A DNA stretch of 64,000 nt from NCBI GenBank assembly GCA_963665115.1, contig OY762007.1, positions 3,808,001-3,872,000 on the forward strand, given 5' to 3'. The position numbers and the translations under genes are program-made. This DNA comes from an uncultured Rivularia sp. (lineage in GTDB: Bacteria > Cyanobacteriota > Cyanobacteriia > Cyanobacteriales > Nostocaceae). A model generated the notes under the pieces. That model was not told the origin of the DNA. It searched no databases and saw nothing but the letters and a program-made list of their open reading frames with translations. This document shows positions 42,403-51,851 of the stretch, piece after piece; within the stretch, counting starts at the first letter, position 1, and every line of letters begins with the position of its first letter.

Positions 42403-44115
42403 TTAATAATGCGTTCCCGTTTTCCGATAATGTACTGCGCTTACACCTTCGTTATTAAATACTTTGCCGTTATCGACGGTGGCATAAACTAACCAGTGGT
42501 CGCCACATTCCATGCGTGAATTTACTGAGCATTCAACATATGCTAAGGCATCAGTAAGGGCGGGAGAGCCATTCTCTGCTTCTTCCGTCTCAACTCCTGC
42601 AAATCTATCTTCACCAGGACTAAAGGGTTTGAGAAAATGTTTCATCATCCCTAAATGACCGCCTTCTTTCAATACATTCAACACAAATCCGCTACCCGAA
42701 TGCATCAAGGATTCTAAGGCTCTATCTTTAGCTACGGCGATAGTTAAACCGGGTGGGTTGAAGCTGGCTTGAGATACCCAGGAAGCTAACATGGCGCTGG
42801 AAACATCACCTCGTTTCGCTGTCACCACACATAAAGAACCGATGATTCTTCCTACAGCTTGTTCTACGCTGGTAGAAGGTTGAGAAGGTGCTTTCACTTT
42901 CTTGGCTTTTTTCAATGCTTGAGCAAAATCAACTCCAGCTTCTTCGCACATTTGCAAAGTCTTTTCATCGGGTTTGAATTTAACGCGAATTGGATCGAAG
43001 CCGAAACGGAATCCAGCATCTTTGAGTTTGCTTTCAAGAATATCTACAGCTTCTCCACTCCAACCAAAGGAACCAAATACACCAGCAGGTTTACTTTTGG
43101 CTGCTGTAGAAAGGATAATACCCAAAGCTGTTTGAATTTGGGTTGGTGCGTGCCCTCCCAGAGTCGGGGAGCCAATTACAAAACCAGATGCTTTTTCTAC
43201 TGCTGCTTTAATTTCTTCTGGTTCAACAGCTTCGCAATTAATCGATTCTACTGCCACTCCAGCTTTAGTTATGCCTCGTGCGATCGCCTGGGCTAAAGTT
43301 GCGGTATTCCCGTAGGCGGAAGCATAAATTAATGCAACGTTAGTATCTTGTTTTGTTTGCTGTTTGCTCCATTCGTGGTAAGCATCTGTTAAATCAATTA
43401 AACCTTCGCGCACCAAAGGACCGTGATTTGGAGCGTACAGCCGCACTGCAAAGTCATCAATTTTTTCTAAAGCAGTTTCCACCTGACGGGCGTGGGGTGC
43501 CATCAAGCAGTCATAATAATAACGTCTATCTTCAACAAATATTTTCCAACCTTCATCAAAAACTTGGTCGCCACAGATATGTGCGCCAAATAATTTATCG
43601 GTGTAGAGAATTTCCGTTTGGGGGTCGTAAGTGCAAAGATGATCGGGATAGCGTGGATTAGGTGTGGGAATAAATTCTAAATTATGCCCTTTTCCTAAAT
43701 CGAGGGTTTCTTCACCCTTCATCACCATAATCGGTAAATCTTCGTTTTCCAAAGCTTTGCGTAAATTGATTGCACCGGGATTAGAACAAACAAATTTTAT
43801 TTGAGGAGCAATTTCCAATAAAGCCTTTAAAGTTGCCGCACGGTTGGGGTTTACATGACCAATAATTATGTAATCAACCGTCTTAAGATCGTATCTTTGC
43901 TGCAACGCATCTAAATATTTTTCTGTAAAAGTTTCCCCAGGAGGATCGATAAGTGCAATTTTATCGGCTTGAATTAAATAAGAATTAGCAGTAGTACCTT
44001 TACTTAAAGCGTACTCGATCTCAAACCGTAACTGCGTCCAACTGCGGGAACGGATGATAGTTGTATCTGTAGCAATCGGGAGAATTTGAACGTCGCGGGG
44101 TTTTGTTGAATTCAT
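42403..44115 (-). CDS. flv1: flavodiiron protein Flv1 (Flv1A-like)
   Basis: Beta-lactamase-like domain with non-canonical GHVNPNR, flavodoxin (SAYGNT) and flavin reductase domains; ATG at 44115 (MNSTKPRDVQ). Confidence 0.9.
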   Translation of the reverse strand: MNSTKPRDVQILPIATDTTIIRSRSWTQLRFEIEYALSKGTTANSYLIQADKIALIDPPGETFTEKYLDALQQRYDLKTVDYIIIGHVNPNRAATLKALLEIAPQIKFVCSNPGAINLRKALENEDLPIMVMKGEETLDLGKGHNLEFIPTPNPRYPDHLCTYDPQTEILYTDKLFGAHICGDQVFDEGWKIFVEDRRYYYDCLMAPHARQVETALEKIDDFAVRLYAPNHGPLVREGLIDLTDAYHEWSKQQTKQDTNVALIYASAYGNTATLAQAIARGITKAGVAVESINCEAVEPEEIKAAVEKASGFVIGSPTLGGHAPTQIQTALGIILSTAAKSKPAGVFGSFGWSGEAVDILESKLKDAGFRFGFDPIRVKFKPDEKTLQMCEEAGVDFAQALKKAKKVKAPSQPSTSVEQAVGRIIGSLCVVTAKRGDVSSAMLASWVSQASFNPPGLTIAVAKDRALESLMHSGSGFVLNVLKEGGHLGMMKHFLKPFSPGEDRFAGVETEEAENGSPALTDALAYVECSVNSRMECGDHWLVYATVDNGKVFNNEGVSAVHYRKTGTHY

Positions 44116-44240
44116 GGCTGAGAGGGGGAAGAGGGGCAAGAGGGGGTAGAGGGGGAAGAGGGGGGAGAGGGGGAAGATGATGATTAATTCCTAACTCCTA
44201 ACTCCCCACTGCTCACTGATAACTGTTCACTGTTAACTGA

Positions 44241-45962
44241 CTAATAATGGTTTCCAACTTTTCTGTGATGCACGGCGGTTAAGGCATCGGGTTTGCTGAC
44301 TTTACCTGCGTACACTGTGCTGTATACAATCCAATGATCTCCAGCGTCCATTCTGCTGGCAACTTCACACTCTACATATGACAATGCATCAGTTAATATT
44401 GGCGCACCGTTTTCGGCTGGTTGGGTTTTCACTCCTTCAAAGCGATCTGCACCAGGGCGGAATCGCTTAAGAAAGTGTTTCATCAACTTTTGATAATTGC
44501 CTTCTTCGAGAGTATTTAAAACGAATTTATCGCCAACCTGCATCAAGGATTCAATTGCTCTATCTTTTGCGACTGCAATTGTTAATCCCAAAGGTTTAAA
44601 ACTAGCTTGATTTACCCAGGATGCTAACATCGCACTTTTCACGTCACCTTGTTGAGCGGTAATAATATACAATCCACCACTCAATCTTCCCAAAGCTTTA
44701 TCCAAGTCAGCATCAAGAGACTTCATGTTTTTGATGCTTTTAGCGCGGTTTAATAATTGCCCTAAGTCAGTTCCCGCTTCTTCGCACTGTTTATAAGTAT
44801 TCTCGGTGGGAGTTTCTTTAATTTTGATTGCACCGAAGGCTGGTTTTAAACCCAATTCGCGGAATTTAGTCAAAACTGGATCGATTGGTTCATCATCACC
44901 ACCACCAGTTTCAAATAATCCTACTGCTTGCTTGTCATGTACCGAACCTAAAATAGTACTGAAAGCAGTTTGCAACTTTTGATCGGATGCTGGTGGCATT
45001 CCTAATATTATTCCAGTAAACCGGCTTGCTTGCTCTCTTAATTCCTGTAAGTCAATTTCTTCGCTTAAATCAACCATTTCTACAGCGACTTCGGTTTTGG
45101 AAACACCGCTAGCAACTGCTTGAGCAAGTTTATTACTATCACCGTATTTGGAAACGTAGAAAATACCAACGATTTTCTCAGCCTTGGCTTTGTTTTTACT
45201 CCAATTGCGATATCTTCCGATTAACTCATCTACATTATGAGATAAAAGTGGGCCATGTCCGGTTGCTACCATGCCCACGGTTTCCAATTCACCCATGCGT
45301 TTGAGAGCAGACATTACAGAGCGGGCATTTGGAGCCATCAAACATTCGTAATAATATTTGTATTCGGCACTAATGGCGTTTAAATCTTCGTCAAAAGTGG
45401 CATCCGAACAATAATGCATCCCAAAAGCATCGCAGGTGAAAAGTATTTGGGTTTTGTGGTCGTATGTGAAAATGGTATCGGGCCAGTGTAGGTTAGGAGC
45501 AATAACAAATTCAAGCTCGTGCCCGTTTCCTAAATCAAGGCGATCGCTGTTCTTTACAACTTGATTTTTAAAAGGTTGGTGTACCAGATTTTCCAAAAAC
45601 TGAATCGCAACTTTGGAACCAACAACAGTAACTTCCGGCGCTAACTGTAAAAAATCTTTAACCAAACCGCTGTGATCGGGTTCGGTATGACTGATAATTA
45701 AATAATCGATTTCCGCTGGATTGACAAGTCCGTTAAGTGTGTCTAAGTAGAGCTTGCGGAACTTTTCGTGAGAAGTATCAACTAAAGCAGTCTTTTCGCC
45801 GCGAATGATAAACGAGTTATAGGTGGTGCCATTTTCCAAACCAAACTCGATATCAAATCTATCTCGATCCCAATCCAGAGAGCGAATTGCTGTTGTATCT
45901 TCAGCAATCTCAGCAGTCTGCATGGTGAGTTTTTTCGCTACTTTATCGGTAACTGCTACCAT
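44241..45962 (-). CDS. flv3: flavodiiron protein Flv3 (Flv3A-like)
   Basis: Canonical SHTEPDHSG, LHWPD, CDAFGMH; RDRFDIEFGL. Confidence 0.92.
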   Translation of the reverse strand: MVAVTDKVAKKLTMQTAEIAEDTTAIRSLDWDRDRFDIEFGLENGTTYNSFIIRGEKTALVDTSHEKFRKLYLDTLNGLVNPAEIDYLIISHTEPDHSGLVKDFLQLAPEVTVVGSKVAIQFLENLVHQPFKNQVVKNSDRLDLGNGHELEFVIAPNLHWPDTIFTYDHKTQILFTCDAFGMHYCSDATFDEDLNAISAEYKYYYECLMAPNARSVMSALKRMGELETVGMVATGHGPLLSHNVDELIGRYRNWSKNKAKAEKIVGIFYVSKYGDSNKLAQAVASGVSKTEVAVEMVDLSEEIDLQELREQASRFTGIILGMPPASDQKLQTAFSTILGSVHDKQAVGLFETGGGDDEPIDPVLTKFRELGLKPAFGAIKIKETPTENTYKQCEEAGTDLGQLLNRAKSIKNMKSLDADLDKALGRLSGGLYIITAQQGDVKSAMLASWVNQASFKPLGLTIAVAKDRAIESLMQVGDKFVLNTLEEGNYQKLMKHFLKRFRPGADRFEGVKTQPAENGAPILTDALSYVECEVASRMDAGDHWIVYSTVYAGKVSKPDALTAVHHRKVGNHY

Positions 45963-46115
45963 AACTCGTCTCCTTAATAGATTTTTAATAATTGAGTATT
46001 TATGCCTCAGCTTCTATTGTGACACGAGTTAATTGTAAATTTTTATCAATATATCTATGGGTAGAGTTTGGATTTAGGGATTGGGAATAGGGGATGGGGC
46101 ATAGGGCATTGGTTT

Positions 46116-46188
46116 TGTAGGGTGTGTTAGACGCACGACTATATAAGGCTTCAAATGATAAATATTGTTATTCGTCTAACGCACCATC
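46116..46188. repeat. REPIN-like element
   Basis: TGTAGGGTGTGTTAGACG...CGTCTAACGCACCATC; inverted relative of 42300-42371. Confidence 0.7.
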
Positions 46189-46314
46189 TGAAATTACTGT
46201 GAAAACAGAATAATTAATGAAATTTATTTCGCAGGGTTTGTTTTCTCGCAAATTTCGGGAGACGTAAAATTTTACGTCTCTACATTCCATGAAAACTAAT
46301 GGGACAAACCACTA

Positions 46315-46677
46315 CTAATATGGAAATAATGGTTCTATATCGTACTTTATTGATAAATCTTTAAAAGTCTTCCTGACTCTATCTACAACAACAGCTTCAT
46401 CTTCCAAAATTAGAGTTTTATCTTCTTGAATCATTTTTCTTGCTTGTAAAAAATTGATATTTGCTGCTTCAGCTAAAGCTTTGATGTGCTGTTTATTTTG
46501 AGAATCGGCTGAAAGCAAATAAATTTTGTATTTAGTTTTATCCTGCCTAATTTCTGGAATATAGGTCGTGACAATAACCCATTTATCGCATTGATTGCAG
46601 AATAAACCTTGAGTACTACCTTTAATTCTATGTTCGAGATTAGTTGCACAATGTTGGCATTTATTAATTTCAATCAT
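46315..46677 (-). CDS. hypothetical protein with N-terminal zinc ribbon
   Basis: 120 aa; CQHC...CNQC; ATG start; same strand as the HEAT genes. Confidence 0.75.
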   Translation of the reverse strand: MIEINKCQHCATNLEHRIKGSTQGLFCNQCDKWVIVTTYIPEIRQDKTKYKIYLLSADSQNKQHIKALAEAANINFLQARKMIQEDKTLILEDEAVVVDRVRKTFKDLSIKYDIEPLFPY

Positions 46678-46694
46678 TATTTTTTTAAAAGAAT

Positions 46695-46748
46695 AAAAAC
46701 CTTACTAGACACGGAGAGCGCAGAGGGAAGAGGTTATAGAGAGATAGT
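46695..46748. repeat. 54-bp direct repeat, left copy
   Basis: 48/54 identical to 50861-50914. Confidence 0.9.
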
Positions 46749-46754
46749 AATTAA

Positions 46755-48740
46755 TTAGATAAATTCGGGATTATAAAGTTGATGTCGTTGTTGAATTTCT
46801 TCAATTGCATCACAAAATATAGCTTTATCTCTAGCTTTGATTTGAATGTTCCACAACTGCGGAACAATTTTCAAACTTCCAAACCTGAACAATGTCAAAG
46901 TAGCGAAACTATCCAAACAGGTATCCGTTGGTAAAGGTTCTAAAATCGCCTCTATTGCACAATCGCTACCAATTTTTCCCAGAGCTTCAACGATTGTGTC
47001 TAAAACTGGGTCAAAAGCACAACCACCGCTAGGGTTTAATAAAGCTTGCCGCAACGCGACTACAGATTTTTCTCCACCTATCACACCTAAAGCATAAGCA
47101 GCTTTATCGCAAACTATATAATCTTCGTCTTTCAATAAAACATCAATTATTGCAACTTCGGCTGATTCACCACCGATATTCTGTAAAGCACGAATTGCAT
47201 TTACCCTAGCACTAGGGTTTTTTTCATCTTTGAGAATTTCGATGATTGTTGGAATAACTATCGAATTTCGAGTTTCTCCCAATCCAAGAATCAAAATTTT
47301 CCTAGCACTAGAGTTTTGTTCATCAGCAAGCATTTTCGTTAAATGGGGAATTACAGATTCGTCACCAAGTTTTGCTAAAGCACGAGCAGCGTTTACTCTA
47401 GCACTAGGGTTTTCGTCTTGTAATAGTGGAAATAGTTTCTTAGCAGCATCTTGATATCCGATAATTCCTAATAACCTTGCTGCACAAGCTCTTACTTCTG
47501 GATTATGATGCTGTAATGCTTTAATTAATTGAGGTGCAATTGATTCATCGGCAATTCTTTCCAAAACTAAAACTACTCTCCGACGTACTTCCTCATCTTC
47601 GTCACAGAGAGTTTTCGAGATTGCGATCGCGATATGGTTAATTTCGTTTTCTGTAAATTTATTGACGGTTTCTTCTACTTCATCCGATGGTGAAATAATT
47701 TGTCCTACTGCAAAAACAGCTTCCTCTCTAACTCGAACATCTTCATCCTGCAACAGTGGAAGTAAAGCTGATAAAGTATGCTGGTCGCGGATATTTTTCA
47801 ATCCATAAACAGCAGCTTGACGTACATTAGCGTGATCATGGTTTAAAAATGAAAACAAAATACTAATTCCTCTTTCATTTCCAATTTCAACCAACCCAGC
47901 AGCACAGCTTTTACTAATCCATTCATCTTCATCAAGTAAAAAATGAATTAACGCTTCTACCGCGACTTCTCCACCAATTTTTCCCAAAGCACGAGCAGCA
48001 TCTTGAGCAATCAATTTTTTTTCATCAGCTAAAGCAGTAATTAAGACTTCTAAACCTAAATCCGAAGCAATTTCTGCTAAACCATAAATTGCTGTGCTGC
48101 AAATTTCTTCATCTTCATCCTTTGATGCTTCAATTAATGCAGTTATAGCAACTTCACTATGAATATTTCTCAAAGCTATGACAGCATTTTCTCGAACAGA
48201 TTTACGCTCATCTGATAAAGCTGTAATTAACAACTTTGTCGCCGATTCTCCACCAAATCTTCCTAGAACATCAGCCGTTTGTGTACTTAAACTTTCATAA
48301 TGGTAAGCTTGATGAAATAATTCCTCTTCTGGAGCTTCTTCAATTTCACCTTTAAAATATAAATCTATCTCAAGTCTCGCACGAATCAATTCTTTTTCCT
48401 GGTTTAACATTCTTGTTAAAAAAGGAATCGCAAATTCAGACTTTGTTCTACCTAATAACTCAACTTTCAAATTATTCAGTATTTGTAAATTCTCAATCCA
48501 ACCCACAGTTTCTTTTTCTAATTTTTGTTTAACTTTACCAGCTAAAAAAGCACCCAATATTAAATCAATATCTAAAGCCAACTCTACTACCCGTAAAGCT
48601 TCTGAATCATCAATTAGTGGTAATATTGAAGCGATAGATTCCGTCCACTCAAGATGATTGAGATAATCTCTTTGAAATTGCTCATCACTTAATTGTGAAA
48701 TTTGAGAAATAAGAGATTGATTATTTTTATTTGACTGCAT
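46755..48740 (-). CDS. HEAT (PBS lyase-like) repeat protein
   Basis: Repeated VR..AA.ALG.IG...A...L...L.DE units. Confidence 0.9.
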   Translation of the reverse strand: MQSNKNNQSLISQISQLSDEQFQRDYLNHLEWTESIASILPLIDDSEALRVVELALDIDLILGAFLAGKVKQKLEKETVGWIENLQILNNLKVELLGRTKSEFAIPFLTRMLNQEKELIRARLEIDLYFKGEIEEAPEEELFHQAYHYESLSTQTADVLGRFGGESATKLLITALSDERKSVRENAVIALRNIHSEVAITALIEASKDEDEEICSTAIYGLAEIASDLGLEVLITALADEKKLIAQDAARALGKIGGEVAVEALIHFLLDEDEWISKSCAAGLVEIGNERGISILFSFLNHDHANVRQAAVYGLKNIRDQHTLSALLPLLQDEDVRVREEAVFAVGQIISPSDEVEETVNKFTENEINHIAIAISKTLCDEDEEVRRRVVLVLERIADESIAPQLIKALQHHNPEVRACAARLLGIIGYQDAAKKLFPLLQDENPSARVNAARALAKLGDESVIPHLTKMLADEQNSSARKILILGLGETRNSIVIPTIIEILKDEKNPSARVNAIRALQNIGGESAEVAIIDVLLKDEDYIVCDKAAYALGVIGGEKSVVALRQALLNPSGGCAFDPVLDTIVEALGKIGSDCAIEAILEPLPTDTCLDSFATLTLFRFGSLKIVPQLWNIQIKARDKAIFCDAIEEIQQRHQLYNPEFI

Positions 48741-48755
48741 TTTTTAAGAGAATAA

Positions 48756-50735
48756 TTAACAAAACTCTGGATTATAAAGTTGATGTTGCTGTTGGATTTT
48801 TTCGATAGCAGAATACAAGTTATTCGTAGCAGAAGCAATTTCAATATATCTAGCAGTTAATAATGCTTTCCACAGAAGAGGAATATGTTCTAGTTTTCCA
48901 TCTTCCATCAATATTTCTGCAGCTACTTTATCAACAAGATAATTATTATGAGGTAATGATATTAAAATTGCTTCTATTGCTTGCTCGCTACCATTTTTTT
49001 CTAAAGCTAAAATAGCCATTTGTCTAACGTTAAAATTTTTATCTTCTAATAGCTTAATTAGTACAGGAAGCGTAGAATTATCTGGAATCAAACTTAATGC
49101 ATAAGCTGCTGCTGCACGTACTCGATGATTTTCATCTTCTAAAGTTTTAATTAAAGCCGGAATAGTTGAATTATCTCCGATTTCTGCCAATAAATAAGCT
49201 GCTCTCTCCCGTACTTGATAATTTTTATCCTGTAATGCTTCAAGCAAAGTTGGAACTACAGATTTGTTTCCTATTTTTCCTAATACGATAGCTGCACTAA
49301 AGCGTACCTCTGGATGTTCGTCTTGTAATATCTTCAATAAAATAGGAATAATAGATTTGTCATTAATTCTTCCTAGATAAAAAGTTGCTAACTGACGTAT
49401 ATTATGATTTTCATATTGTAAAGCTGTAATCAAATCTTCTTTGGTCTTTTCGATATTTTCAGCTTTAGATATTTGAATTTCTATGGCTTTATTCGCTGCA
49501 CTACGGATATGATAGTTACAATCTTGAGACTTAATAAGCAAAGTAATTAAATCGGATTCATCAATAATTTCTTCAACATCTATTTTTGCTTCCCAATATA
49601 ATTCCTTATACTCATCCCTCAATGCTTCAAACTCTGATGATTCCATTCCGTTTTTAGGTACTGTTAACTCTTTAGCTGCTGTTCTACGAACTTTTGGATT
49701 TTCATCATTCAACAGATTAACGAACAAAGGTAAATTGGAAACCCTATCCGATTTTTTTACAATTGCTCCTAAAAATAAAGCAGCTTTTCTGCGGACTTCA
49801 GCATCATCAGATTGGGAAGCTAAGAATATGAATTGAATTCCTTTATTTTTGTCAATCTTCAATAAATTATCAAAGACATTTTTACTCATAAAATCTTCTT
49901 TATCTAAAAAAGCATGAATTATTAACTCTTCTGCTAACTCTCCACCAATTATTCTTAAAGCTTTAACAGTTTGAATTCTAACACTACGGTCTTCATCATC
50001 AATAAAATTAATTATTCTATTCAGTATAGACTTTCCACCAATCCGTCCTAAAATAGCAACAGCAATTCCACGAACAGCAGGAAATTCATCGTCTAAAGCT
50101 TCAATCATAATTTCCAACAATGAATCATCAGCAATTTTTCCTAAAGTTAAAATAGCTTTATAACGAATATGTATATCTTCATCTTTCAACAACTTTATAA
50201 GTATGGTGATTTCTGATTTATCAATATACTCTCCAAATACTACGATTGAAATCTTACGAACCCAATGATGTTCATCTTGTAATAATTTCAGCAGCATTCT
50301 TGTATATAATTCTGCATCAACAATTTCTAACTCTTCTATTGCTTGCGAAACAAGGTTTTCGTATAAATAAAATGAATGTGTTGTCTCAGGAATATTTTTG
50401 ATAAAATCTTCTAAAAAATAAACTGCTACTTTTGATTTCGTCTTCGTCAACAACTTTAATTTCAATTCGTCAGAAATTTCTAACTCACCAACCCAACGCA
50501 CAGTCTCTTCCTGCAACTCCGACTTAACTTTACCAGCCAAAAAAGCACCCAACATCAAATCAACATCCAAAGCTAAACATACCACCCGCAAAGCTTCTAA
50601 ATCATCAATTAACGGCAACATTGAAGCGATAGGTTGCGTCCATTCCAGATGATTGAGATAATTTCTTTTAAGCTGCTCATCACTTAATTGGGAAAGCTGG
50701 GAAATCAAAGATTGATAATTTTTTTCTAATTGCAT
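48756..50735 (-). CDS. HEAT (PBS lyase-like) repeat protein, paralog of 46755..48740
   Basis: HEAT repeats; very similar first ~100 aa and C-terminal IQQxHQLYNPEF. Confidence 0.9.
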   Translation of the reverse strand: MQLEKNYQSLISQLSQLSDEQLKRNYLNHLEWTQPIASMLPLIDDLEALRVVCLALDVDLMLGAFLAGKVKSELQEETVRWVGELEISDELKLKLLTKTKSKVAVYFLEDFIKNIPETTHSFYLYENLVSQAIEELEIVDAELYTRMLLKLLQDEHHWVRKISIVVFGEYIDKSEITILIKLLKDEDIHIRYKAILTLGKIADDSLLEIMIEALDDEFPAVRGIAVAILGRIGGKSILNRIINFIDDEDRSVRIQTVKALRIIGGELAEELIIHAFLDKEDFMSKNVFDNLLKIDKNKGIQFIFLASQSDDAEVRRKAALFLGAIVKKSDRVSNLPLFVNLLNDENPKVRRTAAKELTVPKNGMESSEFEALRDEYKELYWEAKIDVEEIIDESDLITLLIKSQDCNYHIRSAANKAIEIQISKAENIEKTKEDLITALQYENHNIRQLATFYLGRINDKSIIPILLKILQDEHPEVRFSAAIVLGKIGNKSVVPTLLEALQDKNYQVRERAAYLLAEIGDNSTIPALIKTLEDENHRVRAAAAYALSLIPDNSTLPVLIKLLEDKNFNVRQMAILALEKNGSEQAIEAILISLPHNNYLVDKVAAEILMEDGKLEHIPLLWKALLTARYIEIASATNNLYSAIEKIQQQHQLYNPEFC

Positions 50736-50860
50736 TTAAATAACGACATTAATATTGTCGCCACAAACCATAATATTATTATCTAATAACTAAACTGAGT
50801 GCGCCTACCTTTTCTTGGAAAAAGCTTCAGTTATTTGCAAAACTCTAATTACTGATTAAA

Positions 50861-50914
50861 AAAAACCTTACTAGACGCAGAGGGCACAGAGTGAAGAGGT
50901 TGTAGAGAGATAGT
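50861..50914. repeat. 54-bp direct repeat, right copy
   Basis: 48/54 identical to 46695-46748. Confidence 0.9.
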
Positions 50915-51669
50915 TGTTAATTCAAAAGTTTAAAAAAGTGTTATCTAATCCCCCAAAAACCTGGCTAGCATTAATAATCGGTAACTCACGCTTACACTGG
51001 GGCTTATTCACCGGAGAAAACCTCACAAAAGCTTGGGACACCAATTATTTATCTACCCCCTCTCCCCCTCTCCCCCTCTCCCCCTCTCCTCTCTTCATAG
51101 CTTCCGTAGTTCCTTCTCAAACAAAACTTTGGCAAAATTACCCAAATGCAAAATTTATCACCTTAAACGAAATCCCTCTCAACAACTTATATCCCACATT
51201 AGGAATCGATCGCGCCTTATCTTTACTTGGTGCTGGTGAAACTTGGGGTTTTCCCATGCTAGTAATTGATGCGGGAACTGCACTTACTTTTACAGGTGCC
51301 GATAATCACCGTAATTTAATTGGTGGCGCAATATTACCGGGATTGAGTTTACAATTTTCAACTCTTACCAATAAAACCGGGCAGTTACCAAACGTCGAAT
51401 TACCGCAACTGCTTCCAAAAAGATATGCAATCAATACTTCAGAAGCAATTCAAAGCGGAATTATTTACACGATACTCGCAGGAATCAAAGATTTTATTGC
51501 AGCATGGTTACAAGATTTTCCTGAAAGTAAAATTGCTATTACTGGCGGAGATAGAAATTTATTATTTAATCATCTAAAATCACAATATCCAAAAATATCA
51601 CAACGGATAATTGTAGAAAAAAATTTAGTTTTATGGGGAATACAAAAAACAGTCTCCCCATACATTTGA
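50914..51669 (+). CDS. coaX: type III pantothenate kinase
   Basis: [37 protein letters not shown]; true start may be GTG at 50938. Confidence 0.92.
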   Translation: MLIQKFKKVLSNPPKTWLALIIGNSRLHWGLFTGENLTKAWDTNYLSTPSPPLPLSPSPLFIASVVPSQTKLWQNYPNAKFITLNEIPLNNLYPTLGIDRALSLLGAGETWGFPMLVIDAGTALTFTGADNHRNLIGGAILPGLSLQFSTLTNKTGQLPNVELPQLLPKRYAINTSEAIQSGIIYTILAGIKDFIAAWLQDFPESKIAITGGDRNLLFNHLKSQYPKISQRIIVEKNLVLWGIQKTVSPYI

Positions 51670-51671
51670 GA

Positions 51672-51787
51672 TATAGCGTTTCTCAATCTGGTGAAGCACA
51701 GCTTTCTTTATCTCCCCTCTCCTTAATAAGGAGAGGGGTTAGGGGTGAGGTTTTGATATGTACCTTGATAGACCGGGAAGCGCTATA
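51672..51787. mobile_element. 116-bp MITE
   Basis: TIR TATAGCG / CGCTATA; internal palindrome CCCCTCTCCTTAATAAGGAGAGGGG. Confidence 0.7.
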
Positions 51788-51851
51788 AATATAGCAAAGT
51801 AATTTATTTTAATTTGTAGTGGGAGTATCTTGCTCGCTATATATCAATTAA

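Noticed and set aside
46755..50735. HEAT genes as CpcE/F phycobilin lyases
   Set aside because: Much longer than CpcE/F, with a distinct N-terminal domain and no phycobiliprotein operon context.
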